A stretch of 64,000 nt of DNA from Somniosus microcephalus (lineage: Eukaryota): contig JBMRGM010000043.1 in NCBI GenBank assembly GCA_052327205.1, forward strand, positions 31,496,001 through 31,560,000, written 5' to 3'. Below are positions 11,460 through 25,029 of this stretch, piece by piece (position 1 is the first letter of the stretch; every line of letters begins with the position of its first letter). Under the pieces are notes generated by a model. The model was not told the origin of the DNA and did no database searches. It was given only the letters and a program-made list of their open reading frames with translations. Made by a program: the position numbers and the translations under genes.

Positions 11460-14235
11460 AAAGAATATAAGGAATAAGAGCTGGAGTCGGACATTTGGCC
11501 CTTCGAGCCTGCTCCACCATTCAACAAGATCTTGGCAGATATTCTACCTCAACTCCATCTTCCCGCACTATCCCCATTTTTAGAATTCCCTTAGGCCCAA
11601 AAATGTATCGACCTCTGTCTTGAATGTGCTCAACAACTGAGCCTCTACAGCTTTCTGGGGTAGAGAATTCCAAAAGATTCACAAACCTTTGAGTGAAGAA
11701 ATTTCTCCTCCTCTCAGTCCTAAATGGCCGACCCCGTATTCTGAGCCACTGACTCCGTGTTCTAGATTCCCCAGACAGGGGAAACATTTTATCAACAGTA
11801 AACCTGTTAACCCCCTTAAGAATGTTATATGTTTCATTTGGATCTGCTCTCATTCTTCTAAACGCTAGCGAATATATGCCTAGTCTACTCAATTTCTCCT
11901 CATAGGGCAATCCCCTCATCACAGGAACCAGTCCACTGATGCTGCATTGCCCTCTCTTAAGGCAAATATATCCTTCCTTAGATAAGGAGACCAAAACTGC
12001 ACACCGTACTCCAGGTGTGGCCTCACCAATGCCCTGTATAACTGTAGTAACAATTCTTTACTCTTATACACTAATCCCGTTTTTAACAAAAGGTAACATT
12101 CCATTTGCTTTTCTAATTGCTTGCTGTACCTGCATGTTAATTTACTGTGATTCATGTACAGGGAAACTCAGGTTCCTCTGAAAGCAAATAATTCCTAGAA
12201 TCTCAACATTAAACAAAAATCTGCTTTTTTTTCCCTACCAAAGTGGATACATTCAGACTTCCCCACACTGTATTGCATTTGCCATGTGCTTGCCCACTCA
12301 ATCAATTTGTCTATATCTCTCAGCAGCATCTTTGCGTCTTCATCGCAACTGACTCTCCCACCTAATTTTGTATCATAAGCAAACCTGGATAGGATACACT
12401 CTGTCCCTTCATCAAAGTGATTAATATAGGTTGTAAATAGCTGCGGCCCAAGCAACTACCCTTGCGATACCCCATTAGTTACAGCTTGTCAACCCGAAAA
12501 ATTCTCATTTTTTCCCACTCACTGTTTCTTTACATTATCCAATCCTCAATCCATGCGAATATATTTCCCACAACGCCATGAGTCCTAATTTTGTTTAATA
12601 ACGTCTTGTTTGGCACCTTATCAAATGCTTTTTGTAAATCCAAATACATTGCATCCACTGGTTCCCCCTTATCCATCCTACTAGTGAGATCTTCAAAAAA
12701 CTCTGGCAGATTTGTCAAACACGATTTCCCTTTTCTGAACCCATGTTTACTCTGCCTAATCATATTACAATTTTCTAAGTGCCTTGTTAACACGCCGCAA
12801 TAACAGATTCTAGCACTTTGCCTACTACTGATGTCAGGCTAACTGGCATATAATTCCCAATCTTTTCTCTTCCTTCTTTCTTAGGTAGTGGGGTTATGTG
12901 TGCTACGTTCCAATCCTTGGGGACTGGTCTAGAATCTAGGGAATTCTGAAAGATCAGTACCAGTACATCCTCTATCTCTGCAGCTACCTCTATTAAAACC
13001 ATAGGATGCAGGTTTCAGGTCCTGGGGATTTGTCGCCACTCAGTCCCATTAATTTCTACAGTACTATGTCTTTACATATACTGACTTCTTTAAGTTCGTC
13101 ATTCTCTCTAGACCCTTGGTTCCCCATTGCTTTCGGAATTTTTTTCTATCTTCCCTAAAAGCCCCTTTACTACAAGTTTAGTAATTAACCCTTCCTCATT
13201 GCACAATACTAGATCTAAAAAACTCTGTTCTGTAGCGGGTTTCTCCACATTATGATTATAAAACTATCATGAACCTGTCCTCCATACTTTTACTGCAAAC
13301 TTGGTTTGCCCCATCTATATGTAGATTAAAGTCCCAGATGATAGCTTTATTATCCTCGTTACATTCGCTTCTAATATCCTAACTTATACTCTACCCTACT
13401 TTACATCTGCTGTCTGGGGGCCTACAAACAAATCCCACAAATGTCTTCTGCCACTTGTTGTATCTTAGCTCCACCCAAACTGATTCTACTTCTTAATTTT
13501 CCGTGCTAAGATCCTGTCTCTCCACTGTCTTTTTCCCATCCTTTATTATCAGAGCTACCCTGATAACAAGAGCAGTTAAAGAGAGTATTAGATCATAGGA
13601 AGAGGCTTATAATGTTGCTAAACAGAGTAGTAAGCTTGAGGTTTGGGAGGATTTTAGATTTAAGCAAAGGAGGACCAAGAAATTGATAAGTAAAGAGCAA
13701 AAAAGAATATGAGAGTAAATTAGCAAGAGATATAAAACAGATTGTAAAAGTTTCTATAGTTAGGCAAATAGGAAGAGATTAGTGAAAGTTAACGTGGGAC
13801 CATTAGATTCAGAGATTGGAGAAATTATAAATGGCAATAAGGAAATGACAGACACATTAAGCACATATTTTGTGTCTGTCTTCACTGTAGAAGACACAAA
13901 AAACATTCCGGAAATAATGGGGAACCAAAGATCCAGAGAGAATGAGGGACTTAAAAAAATAATTATCACTTAAGACATAGTTCTGGAGAAATGAAGGTGG
14001 TGTTGAGGTAAAAGATCAGCCAGGATCTTTTTGAATGGCCAAATGGACTACTCCAGCTCTTATTTCTTACATTATTATGTACACCATCCATGTTGCCCAT
14101 CTCTTCTGAAAGTTAAGTATCCTGTAATATTTGGTTCCCAACCTTGGTCACTGTGCAACCACGTCTGCATAAGTGCTATTAGATCGAAACTATTAACTTA
14201 TCTGCGCTATTAATTGATCTATTTAGTTGTGAATG
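11460..14235 (-). mobile_element. CR1-type LINE, decayed, with an internal inverted block (~13561-13990 on +)
   Basis: ORF track fragments: HGFRKGKSCLTN, YLDLQKAFDKVP, LGPQLF, RFAYDTKL, LVRPHLEY, RRNFFTQR; absent from copy B. Confidence 0.9.
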
Positions 14236-14355
14236 GATCAGCGCTGCGTTATGGTGGCATTGAGGTGGGGCAGGATGGATTCAATTAATTGCAGGTCTAA
14301 TATTCATTTTTAATGATGCACATGACATTCATGGGTTATGTTTATATTATTCCAG

Positions 14356-14457
14356 TGCAGGGTCCCACAACCGCGATCAGAGCCTCAGTTCTTACACTTT
14401 CTCTTGTCGCTGCCCTGATTGCACTGGTTCTCGTCAATCTTCCCAACAAGAAACAAG
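14356..14457 (+). CDS. Copy A transmembrane exon (splice donor mutated)
   Basis: VQGPTTAIRASVLTLSLVAALIALVLVNLPNKKQ, 102 nt; followed by TTGAGT where copy B has GTGAGT. Confidence 0.8.
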
Positions 14458-14973
14458 TTGAGTAATGTTTACAGACAGGTGACTGGCTCTACAGTCACGT
14501 GAAGGGATTCCGTGTATTCCAAGCACAGTTGCCACCTTCAAAATGTAACCATATGATTTGGGATAGATTCGAGTAGTCTGGGCTGGAGAAAGAAAAATGT
14601 AGTTTGCAATGATGAGATCAGAACAGATATGAGCTTAATTCTGGGGTGAACTTGCTCGGTTAACGAAATTGTTTGCCCCTGTGTGCTGTTCAGAATAGAT
14701 ACGTATCTGGTCGAGGGGCAGAACAATAAGTGACTGCATCACTCGTGGTTAGTGTGAGGAGATGAATTGGCCTAAAGGATTTGTAATTCAGTATATGGGA
14801 ACACCTTAAAAGTTTCTGCACGTCTTTTCTGTATTGATGCTGTATTAATAAATCATTGAATGTACGTTTGTAAATATATAGTATTGACATGAATGAATAT
14901 GTTTGCTGTAAAAACAAACCAACTGTGTTTACTGTACAACTTGCTGAATTAGGTCTCTTCCTATTTTATCCAG

Positions 14974-15004
14974 ACAATTCTTCAAAATTTTCACAACAGC
15001 TGGG
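14974..15004 (+). CDS. Copy A cytoplasmic mini-exon 1
   Basis: Polypyrimidine tract + CAG, GTAAGT donor; 31 nt, phase 1-2, DNSSKFSQQLG; paralog 50874-50901 differs by one codon. Confidence 0.7.
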
Positions 15005-15574
15005 GTAAGTCCACGAATGTGTTATATCAATAAGGCGTAGTAATATCCCTGAATATATTCAGTCTCTGTATAGCTGAATTAAACACTGTTAATGTTTTTG
15101 GGGTAGATTTTGAATTTGAATTGAGCTTAAGTCCGCCATTACGGATCAACTGCCTGTTATAGAAATCGTCCCATTTTATTTCATTTGAGTTCAATGGGAT
15201 TGAATAACATTTGCTTTCTACAACTGCTGTCGGTTCCACGATGCCACTTTTAAGCCCGGGCAGCAAGCTGAAAATATGCCCCTTTGATTATGGGGCTCAT
15301 CAGTAGCTCGCACTCACGCTATTATACTCTCAGCAGTCTATAAGATTTGATCATTTTCTAATTTATGTCCGTTGTAGCTGGACTTCCTAACTTAAATAAC
15401 GTGAAATTCACCCTGCGTGGTACAGTAAAAGGGATGATTACAAATCGTTTTACAGTCCGCACGATATTAAATTCCACTGACTTGTAAACGAATTTTGGGT
15501 GGATTGTAAAAACCGTCGGATATTCTCTGCGCACTGCTCTCCACCATCGTCCAAGAAGGCTTTAAAAACATGAG

Positions 15575-16370
15575 AAAATAAGATCATAAGAAATAGGTGC
15601 AGGAGTTGGACATTCGGCCCATCGAGCCTGCTCCGCCATTCAATGAGATCATGGCTGATCTTCTGCCTCATCTCCATTCACTGGCCCAATCGCCATATCC
15701 CTTGATGCCTTTACTAGTCAGAAATCTATCGACTTCTGTTTTGAATATACACAATGAATGAGCCTCCACAGCCCTCTGGCGTAGAGAATTCCAAAAGATT
15801 CACCAACCTCTGTGTGAAGAAATTTCATCTCATCTTAGTCCTGAATGGCCTTTATCCTGAGGCTGTGGCCTCTGGTTCTCGACTCCCCAGCCAAGGGAAA
15901 CATTCTCCCAGTATCCACCCTATCAAGCCCTGTAGTAATTTTGTATGCTACAATGAGATCCCCTCTCATTCTTCTGAATATAAGAGAATTCCTGCCTAGT
16001 TTACTCAATATCTTCCCACACGACAGTCCCCCCATCCCAGGAATCAATCTTCTGAACCTACGTTGCACTCCCTCTATGGCAAGTATATCCTTCCTTAGGT
16101 AAGGAGACCAAAATTGTACACAATACTCCAGGTGTGGTCTCAAAAAGTCCCTCTATAATTGGAGTAGGACTTCTTTACTTCTGTACTCAAATCCTCTTGT
16201 AAAGAAGGTCAGTATAACATTTGCCTTCCTAATGGCTTGCTGCACTTGCACATTCACTTTCACTGACTCATATGCAAGGACACCCAGGTCCCTTTGAGCA
16301 TCTGAATTCCACAATCATTCATCATTTAGGAAATAATCTGACTTTCTGTTTTTTCTACCAAAGTGGATAA
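15575..16370 (-). mobile_element. CR1-type LINE 3' fragment
   Basis: RPHLEYCVQFWSPYLRKDILAIEGVQRRF...RTRGHSL. Confidence 0.9.
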
Positions 16371-16608
16371 CTAACCTTAATTACATGCACAATCGCACTG
16401 CATATTAAATCTTAGAAAGCGTCAGTTCCCTGAGATTTACATGATGATTAAATTTGAGGATTGAAAAATGACCAAGCTCACTGAGTGATTGAAGAGTTTG
16501 GGGAATTAATTTCAAGAAGACTTTATATTTAATTTTATTTAAAAGCGATATTTCTGTTGTCGGTGATTTTTGTTAAACTTTATTCACTGAGAACATTTCT
16601 GCACTAAG

Positions 16609-16700
16609 GAAGGCAACTGGAAATAGATCTCGACCCCCGAGTGAAGAGAAGTCTGCAGACAATTCCGAGTATGCAGGTGTGGTATCTGCCCAAATCACCG
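16609..16700 (+). CDS. Copy A cytoplasmic exon 2 with ITIM-like SEYAGV
   Basis: Phase 2-1, continues the frame of the mini-exon: KATGNRSRPPSEEKSADNSEYAGVVSAQIT, GTAAGC donor; frame kept in paralog despite 6-nt indel. Acceptor (AAG) is weak. Confidence 0.65.
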
Positions 16701-16977
16701 GTAAGCTCGACCTGATCTGCATGTGATGAACTGTAGATAGCTCGGGGTATCATTTCCATTCAGCATCAATATCACTTACACTTTCTCAATCTCTATGTCT
16801 ATGTCAAGTCTACTTCTATGACTCTCTCAATCGAACAGCATCTCTCATTCTAAATCTATCTTTCTCTATTGCACTAACTCACTATCTCTATGTACCTATC
16901 TATCTCTACCTCTATCTCTGTATCTCTTTCGGTATCTTTCTATATCCCTTTCTATTTCTGTCTCTCCTATCTCTATT

Positions 16978-17527
16978 GGATGCATTTTCTGATGGGAGCC
17001 ATCCTGCGGACGGATGCCTCCAATTGGAAAAAAATCTCCGAACACACCAGCTGCCTCCGTCGGTCCCGCGGAAATGCGCAGAGGCCCAAGTATCCCAGGG
17101 GCGCATGCAGTTCGGAAGCATCCCTGGGAAAATTTTAAAAACCATCACGTATATAAAATTAGTTCAAATACTTTAAATTAAATATTTTAGACGAAATATT
17201 AATCTTTTAAAAAATGATTTTTTTAACGGGGCTAAATATAAACTTATATTTTTTAAAGTATTTTTAAATTATAAATGGCATTTTATTTTTAATTCTTATG
17301 CTGTTACCAAGCATAAGATTATTAAAGGTTTTTAACGGGCGGAAGTTGGGCAGAAAGCGGATCTCCCCAACTGCAGAGGCCCTTCTCCTGGGCATACGGA
17401 TTCTTGACAGATCGGTAGTGCCGGGTTTTAGCGCCTGCGCTTGCCATGCCTGAAACCGGCACTTGCGAGGCCACTACGGGTGCGTACACACCTGGTACGC
17501 ACACGTGGGCGTCAGATAATCCGGCCG
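16978..17527. mobile_element. MITE-like non-autonomous element (family also at ~17650-18941 and ~55149-55897)
   Basis: Three dispersed similar copies with GC-rich ends and AT-rich core; best copy begins GGGCTGGATTTT and ends AAAACCGGCCC. Boundaries approximate. Confidence 0.5.
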
Positions 17528-17799
17528 AATATATCTAACACTGTCTCAATGACCATGTCTATGTGCAGCCTATTTCTATGCATTTGTTTATGTCTACGTC
17601 TGTGCCTATCTCGAGCTCGATCTCTATGTCCACCTCCATCACCATGTGCCGTACTTTCCGATCAGAGGCTTCCTGCGTGTGGAGGCCTCCGACCTGGGAA
17701 AAATCTACTAACTTACCTGAGAGCTCCCGAGGTCCAGACACTTCCACTCCTGGGCCTCCCAACTCGAAATTTGCAGGGCCCACGTATCCAAGAGGCAAT

Positions 17800-18501
17800 G
17801 GCCTAGAAATTCAGTTTGGGCCTGCCAGCTGGCGTGCGCCCAAAAGTTAGCGCTGCGCGCGGTGCCAGTTGCGCCCGTGAGATATTTAGTTTCTGCGCCC
17901 CAAGTCGGCACCGGGCGCTGTTCCAGGGTATGCCCGCCTCCGCTTGGGGCGCTGAAACTGAATATCAGTGCTCTAGGTGCCACTGCGCCACCCGATGTGG
18001 TGCGGCAGGCTGCGGTACTGCAGGCATCCTCCTTCTCTTAAGGTGGAGGTGCCTGCAACGGGGAGATCGCCGCTGGATTGTGCCGGCAAATGAGCCCGGC
18101 ACCACGGAGAAGTGCCGGGCTCACAGAAAGCAGCCAACAATGCCACGGGGGGGGGTGGTGGAGGAGGCCGGGGAAGGAGGTGCGGGCAGGCGGCCGCCGA
18201 AAAAGCGGCCGGCCGCACCTCCACCTTTATGCGCCCCACTAAGGCTGCAGGAAGGCCCTGGTCTCCGGATGTTAGTAGCGGCCGCCACGGAGGAGGCGGC
18301 GGCTACTGAAGATGGGGGTCGGGGCGGTAGCGGGGCGGAACCGGGGCACTGCGCACACCGATGACATCATCGGTGCCGGCGCAGCGCTACCGGCTACCGC
18401 CGCCGTTACGGTGGCACTCAATATCAGCGCTACCACCCCTACTGGCGCAAAAGCCCTCTTTGGGCGAAAACTGGGCGCAAAGCCAACTGAATTTCCAGCC
18501 C
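17800..18501. mobile_element. GC-rich MITE, probably PIF/Harbinger-type, nested in another MITE
   Basis: TIRs GGCCTAGAAATTCAG / CTGAATTTCCAGCCC, 3-bp TSD AAT; host sequence is continuous at ~55300-55330 in copy B. Confidence 0.7.
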
Positions 18502-18949
18502 AATGTGTTTCACAAGCGTCCTTGGGATCACGTGGGCCATGGGGAGCTAGATAGACCCGTCCAATACAGGAATGTAGATCACTCCAAAAACAATGTAAAA
18601 TATTTTGAAAAAAATTAAAATATCAAATTTTTTACATGAGTTGAAATGACAACAAATTAAATATTTTAAACAAAAATTTAAATTTTTGGATAAAAAATTA
18701 AGATTTTTAAGGGGCTAAAAATAAACTTACTTTCTTAGCGTATTTTGAATTGATAAATGAGTGAATTTTTACTTTTACTTTTACTCTTTTCAACTCTTAT
18801 GCTCGTAAAAGCAGGCCATACGCAGGCATGCGATCAGTCAAGAGAATTCTTGACAGATCAGAAAATACCGGTTTTCAGCGCATTTCTGATCTCCCTACGT
18901 GTGTGTATGCAGTACACCCGCAGCAATCAGAATATCCGGTCCCATCTCT

Positions 18950-20330
18950 ATAACAATCTCCATGTCTATGTCTAGCTCTACCTATATATTTCTATCTCTA
19001 TCTCTAAATTTCCATCTATCTCTCCTATCTATATCTCTCTGTATATAGCAGTCCCTCTCATTCTATCTGTATCTCTCACTCTAACTCTATCTCTCCCTAT
19101 TGATCTAACTCTCTACCTCTATGTCCATATCAATCTCCCTCTCTCTATCTGTATCTCTCTGTATCTGTCCATATCCATTTCTATTTCTATCTCTTCTGTC
19201 TCTTTGTATATCCAAGATTCTCTCTATTCATAGAACACATTACATATATGTGGGCAGCACGGTGGCATAGTGGTTAGCACTGTTGCCTCACAGCGCCAGG
19301 GACCCGGGTTCGAATCCGGCCTCGGGCGACTGTCTGTGTGGAGTTTGCACATTCTCCCCGTGTTTGCGTGGGTTTACTCCGGGTGCTCCGGTTTCCTCCC
19401 ACAGTCCAAAGATGTGCGTGTTAGGTTGATTGGCTATGATAAATTGACCCTTAGTGTTAGCGGGATTAAATACATGGGGTTACGGGGATAGGGTGGGGTA
19501 TGTGTTGGTGTAGGGATAACGGGGATCGGGTGGGATATGTGTCGGTGCAGGCTCGATGGGCCGAAATGACCTCTATCTGCACTGTGTGGTTTCTGTGATT
19601 TCTGTGATATGCCTCTATTGGTATCAGTATGCACGTTATTTATTTCTGTCGCTATCTCTAGCTCCAGTACGTTGTCTATGAGATTCTCCAAATTTGTTTC
19701 CATTTCAATACCCTCTCGGCCAACGTGCCTATCTCTATCTATGTCGATTAGTATCTCTATCTTCATGGCTATCTCTAGCTCTTGCTATAACACAACTATC
19801 TCTAACTCCATCTCTCCAATGTCAATCGTTATGTGTATCCCAGTCTCTCTCATTGTATCAGCATCTCTCACTCTATTTTGATATATCTAATCTCTTTCGC
19901 TCTATCTATCTATCTATGTCGCTCTATCTCTATCTCTAGCTATCTACTTGCATCTATCTCTATTGTTCTCTATCTCTCTCTACCTCCACATCTCACTATC
20001 ACTATCTCTATCTAGGTCCATTTAGATCTCTACCTCTATCTGCACTATCTCTACGTCAATCCCATACTCTTTCTATATATTTATATAGCTCTATTTGTAT
20101 CAATTCATTTATCTGTATCTCTCTCTAGCTCTAGTTGATTCTCTACCAGCATGTCCAAATGTATGTTCGTTTCAATCCTCTCGCTGCCTCTGTGCCTATC
20201 ACAATCTATGTTGTTTAATATCCCTCTTTCACAGTATTCTATCTCTATCTCTATTTCTAACACTATCTCTGTCTCTATCTCTATCTCCATCTATAATCTC
20301 TAATCTCTATTTCTGTCCCTAATCTGTCAT
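18950..20330. repeat. Degenerate (CTAT/CT)n low-complexity tract (also 16780-16975, 54910-55148, 55900-57090)
   Basis: Long runs of tctatctc variants, interrupted by a SINE. Confidence 0.85.
19252..19607 (+). mobile_element. tRNA-derived V-SINE (HE1-like), full length
   Basis: GGGCAGCACGGTGGCATAGTGG A-box, GTTCGAATCC B-box, V-domain TGTGTGGAGTTTGCACATTCTCCCCGTG, CR1-like tail; near-identical copies elsewhere. Confidence 0.9.
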
Positions 20331-23300
20331 TAATCTCTGATATTACAATATTACCATTATGCACACCTGTTGATTGCTAAACTGTGTAAATCCTTAGTAA
20401 ATGGATCTCGACAGCAAGAAAATGTGCATTACGTAGAGGAAACAGGAAGCTAAATTATGAAAATTTGGCAGTTACTTTACTTGGAGACTCTTAAGAGCCG
20501 AGATGGTATTACTTAGCCACCAATAGATTGAATAAAATAAAAGTGATCTTACTTTCGTTAGAAATCTCTTTCTTAATCCTTATATTCGATCTGAAAATTA
20601 TTTCCTTGTGAGAATATATCAAACGAGTAATGGAAACGGACTGATAATATGCAATACAATTGAGATTGTTGCATTGATAGAATGTTAATTTCCTTTCATG
20701 GTAAGTTTGAATCTTCTGACTATTACGTGGCTCCTGTGACACGAATCATCAACTGGAAGGGAATCGAGAGCCTGGGCACCTAGAAGAAAAATACGGATGA
20801 TCGGAGTCTACAGGAAACTGCATAACCTTCCAGAGGCATTCATTGAAGCAAGCATGTTATTCTACAATTGGCTAAAGAAGTTTATTGCAAGGAGAGCACC
20901 TCATTTTGAGATGTTCACTCAAAAGAAAAACTGTGGAATCGTCACGTTTTACCCAAGAATAGGATCTTTCTTCACAAGATCCTCTATGTACAGAACCTGA
21001 TTCATCTCTCTGTTGTATACAGCTTTTGATTGATCATCACAGAGAATAAGTAGCCCACCTCGAACAACTTAATCATCTGTTTGTGGATGTACATGCCGAT
21101 GGTCAATGATCAATTGAAACCTTTGGTAAACTAGCTTCCCGACTGTGATTGGAATATTTTCATTCGGACCTAAATGACTTTCTATCGCTTGGACATTTCT
21201 CTTGTATACACCAGATAATTAACTGCTTATCTCCCAGATGTTTCGGGACATCTTCTGATTGACAGATTTCACCTGAAATTTTCGTGTTGGTTCTAATTGG
21301 TTGCTTATAACTTGGGTGTATCATTTCAGCTACTGACTGATTGGATTAAGGTCTGGATATTTTCATGTATAAGCCTTATACTTTCTGAAGCTTACTGAAT
21401 ATTTGTTACCCGAAAAATTCTCTGCTGGACAATTTCTTTCAGAGTCATGTTTCCTTGATTATAACATATTGACGTCGGAGAACACTGGCTGATTTTAACT
21501 CGAGTGTATCATTTCAGCTCCTGATCAGTTGGCTTCGGGCCTCGATAGTTTCAGGTAAAAGCAGGTTGGCTGAATGTCACCTTGGCACTGTCTTTTGGCA
21601 GCTGAATTCATAATTCTAACCGGAATAATTCTCAGCTGGACGCCTTCGTTCACTGACGATATCCAAACATTTCTTCTGGAATTCGGAAAAAACTGATTGA
21701 TTGATTGTTTCCACCATAGGCTCTTGAAATTTAACAATAATCGACATTACTATTGCAGGCATCACTTATCATCAGGAGAATATAACTAACCCGTTGAAGA
21801 CTGTTCCCTATTACTAAATGAACAACGCAATAATTAGCGCATTCTGCATCTCAATTTCAGGTGGAATCAATGTCTGAGGAAGGGAAAATTCTGACTGAGC
21901 TGTAACATGAATCGTCCTTCTTACACTAGAACTAAGTAGATGAATGATTAACTATTAGAAAGACTAAACATGAAATAGCGGCATTGGTTATTGTTGAACA
22001 GACTGGGGGAAGGTGTCGTTTCTATGGTTGAAATGGTGAAGAAGCACGAAGTTTTGAACTTAAGCATAATGTGGAGATGCTGTGTCGGATAGTTTGAACA
22101 CGAGCATCTGTTCTGATACACTTGTTTAGTAAACCTTCCTGTGTGTACCGTGTCTAGACTCACTGAAAGTGATGGGAATGGACTCTTGTATGTTTAACGC
22201 TGTTATGTGAAAATATTGCACCAGTTAGTCTAGGCACAGTAACTGATTGCAGGAATTCGACAGCGGTACTTGTGATTTACTAATAGTTTGAGTCTAGTAC
22301 GATTTCAGCTGGATGATAGCATAAATGCAGTCAACGCTATTGATTAGGGACGAGAATGATATTGAAGCATATTTAATAGCTACTCACAGATTGATGTGGT
22401 GTTAATGATTCACAGCATAATAGTTTCCCCACAGCGAGAGGAAGGCAGGATTGATGCTTGACACATGGCGTTTTTAAAGCCTTGAAGAAAGACTAGGGAG
22501 GATATTATTTTGTGATTCTATGTCGAGGAGAACAGATGATTCCCTGACAGACTGCAGTCTACAGACTTGAACAATAGTGTTATCCTTTGCAGTTAAAATC
22601 GAGAGAAAGGGACATGGAGGAGATTTCATTGGTTTATAACACATTAGTAACAATATTAATTTTTAAATAAAGAATAACAAAACTGAGTAAAGATAATAAT
22701 CATTGCTATTCAGATTGTTGCTACTTAACTGATATTTTGGTAATGCTTTGTACAGGAGCGGAATTATTGATTCACTGCCAGTCTGCTCACGGACATAAAT
22801 TATCGAAATAAAAAAAAGCAGATAAAGTGAATGACTTACAGGCAGGTTGGGGATGAAAGTTATTACCAGTTGCAAAATCTTGGACACCTGAATTATAATT
22901 TGAGCAGTCGCACTGGACAGGTTTGATGCCAGAATGAGTTCAGGAACTAATAGAGAGACAGAAGAAAGGGACGATATCCGATATTTACCCAAATTATATG
23001 GAAATTTAGTGACTGCAGGAAGATTGAGTGGACCTGTAGTAAGATTAGCAGAGAGGCTGAAGGTCACTTTTTAAGATGCATCAGCAAACGTGGGGCTGGG
23101 CAGCATTGGGGATTGCTGGTACGCTGGGAATAAGCTTTTACAAATTCAAAGACAAAGATTTGACAAGCCCAACAAACAACGCTTTGCAGGGAATGTCATT
23201 CTTTAGATTGTTAGGGTGATTTTTGTTCGTTGTCGAAAGTCACTGGCTTCAGACCAGAGCAGATTTGTCATTAACAAATAACGGAATTATGACGCTGTCG

Positions 23301-23508
23301 ATGACGTGAAAACAAATGGATTTTTGTAAAGATTAACTAATGACTCGGGGACGGTCACACCAAGGAGGTATTATTTATTCATTGATAGTAGGCAGTTAAA
23401 CCGAATATCAAACACATGGGAACCGTACAATATACTTAAATGTCTCCATCGCATTTGCAGTCTGTAGTGTGTTGACATTTCTCGTTGACAATCTGGCAGA
23501 AAGAGACG

Positions 23509-24058
23509 TCACAGAGCAGTTCCGTGCAATAGATTTTTAAATAGGTTTACGGACTCCCAGACCGCCTGTTTGTTTTGCAGTCTGGAGGAGTCCGTGACTC
23601 ATGTTTATGTCGAGTGCGAGAGGTTGCAGCCCCTCTTCCATTATTTAAGGGGGCTGCTCCTCAAGTTTTGGTTGCACTTCAGTCCCACGCTCCTGATCTA
23701 CGGTCACCCGGTGCGGAGGGGAGCGGGCAGGTCGGAGGACCTCCTCGTGGGTCTGCTCCTGGGCCTGGCAAAGGTAACCATCAATCGGTCCAGGCAGCGG
23801 GCGGTCGAGGGGGTCGTCCAGCCAGATTGCCTCCCGCGCTTCCGCGGCCATGTTCGCGCCCGGGTGGCCCTGGAGATGGAGCACGCGGTCTCCGCCGGCA
23901 CGCTCGAGCAATTTCGTGACCGGTGGGCGCCGCGGGGACTGGAGTGCATAATAGGTCCAAATGACCAAATTTTAATTTAATTTCTGATTTGGGTTATTAA
24001 AAGTTCTTAAAAGTTACTGGATTTTTAGTTGCATTTGTTTTTGATTTAACACAAGAGG
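23509..24058 (+). mobile_element. L1/Tx1-clade LINE 3' end
   Basis: C-terminal CCHC-type motif (FCSLEESVTHVYVEC), GC-rich ORF 23570-23980, 11-bp TSD AGAAAGAGACG (23498-23508, 24059-24069). Confidence 0.8.
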
Positions 24059-25029
24059 AGAAAGAGACGAACACGGGGACCCGAACACGGGGATGTTGCT
24101 AACAGACAGAGCAGTCGCTATGCTGATTTACAGGCGCATAGTTTGAGCTCTACTTTGCAGGAGATTTTCCTACCAGCGAGCTTCCACTGGCAGAATTGAT
24201 CACAGATTGAATGGAGAAATTGTACTATTCATGGACTATCTGGGCAGGAGATTTCCATGTTGCGGCACTCATCATGTACATTGGAGTTCAGCCCGTCAGT
24301 TGGAGGGATACTGTGCGGACGTGACAGTGCTGGCGATATTGATAGGTTATGGAAAAGCACGACCGGGGATTTTCATACACTGAAGCGAGGTAAGATACTG
24401 CTGGGTGACAGATATACTGTAAATGTAAACTCCTGATGATTTCTAGGCCTATTTCTCTGAGGCATTATTTGTGTGCAAAGCAGTGCTTTTATTGGTGAAA
24501 GACGAATATCCTATACCAGGCGGTGTGGCAGCATTGTCACTGCACACACGTTTGAAGAAGTCTATTTATATGATTGTAATCAGGGGAGAGTTATTACTGA
24601 TGATTGACATTCTGGTGTGGGAGGAGTGTCTGTAATAAACGCACGTGTTAGTTACCAGCTTCCCTTTGACACGGGTATTCAGAGTTCACCCCCTCATTAG
24701 AAAGATTCTGGCGTCCATTGAATAGGTCGCAGTGTTCATTAAATAACTGAGCTTGTTTTATAGTTGTAGGCTCTATTTCGAATGGCAGCTCAGAATAATC
24801 TAAAGTGCTGCAATCAATTAATTGCTCCTTTTAACGATTACATTTAGTAAATGTATCTTGGCTATTGAATTGCCAGGTGGTTTTTCGTTTCTCTGCTGTT
24901 TCTGGCGCAACTGAATTATTTACAAACAACAATCTATTTTCAATTTCGATATGAATACTGCAATATATAATGAAATGTTGTGATCCATTCAGACGCTGTC
25001 TTTAAATATTTTACAAACTGAAAGCTGAC

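Larger units (their letters stand above)
143..16700 (+). pseudogene. FcR/FCRL-like Ig-superfamily receptor, copy A (5' part outside window); probable pseudogene
   Basis: Six phase-1/phase-1 C2-type Ig exons (143-376, 1089-1349, 2909-3163, 5810-6086, 7399-7677, 8904-9206), TM exon 14356-14457, cytoplasmic exons 14974-15004 and 16609-16700. Lesions: frameshift in Ig4, TAG in Ig5, TAA in Ig6, TM donor GT>TT. Confidence 0.85.

Noticed and set aside
17816-18618. Overlapping GC-rich ORFs and CpG-island appearance
   Set aside because: Lie inside a TIR/TSD-bounded MITE; ORFs reflect GC content.
19252-19325. tRNA-like sequence with A and B boxes
   Set aside because: It is the head of a multi-copy SINE, not a tRNA gene.
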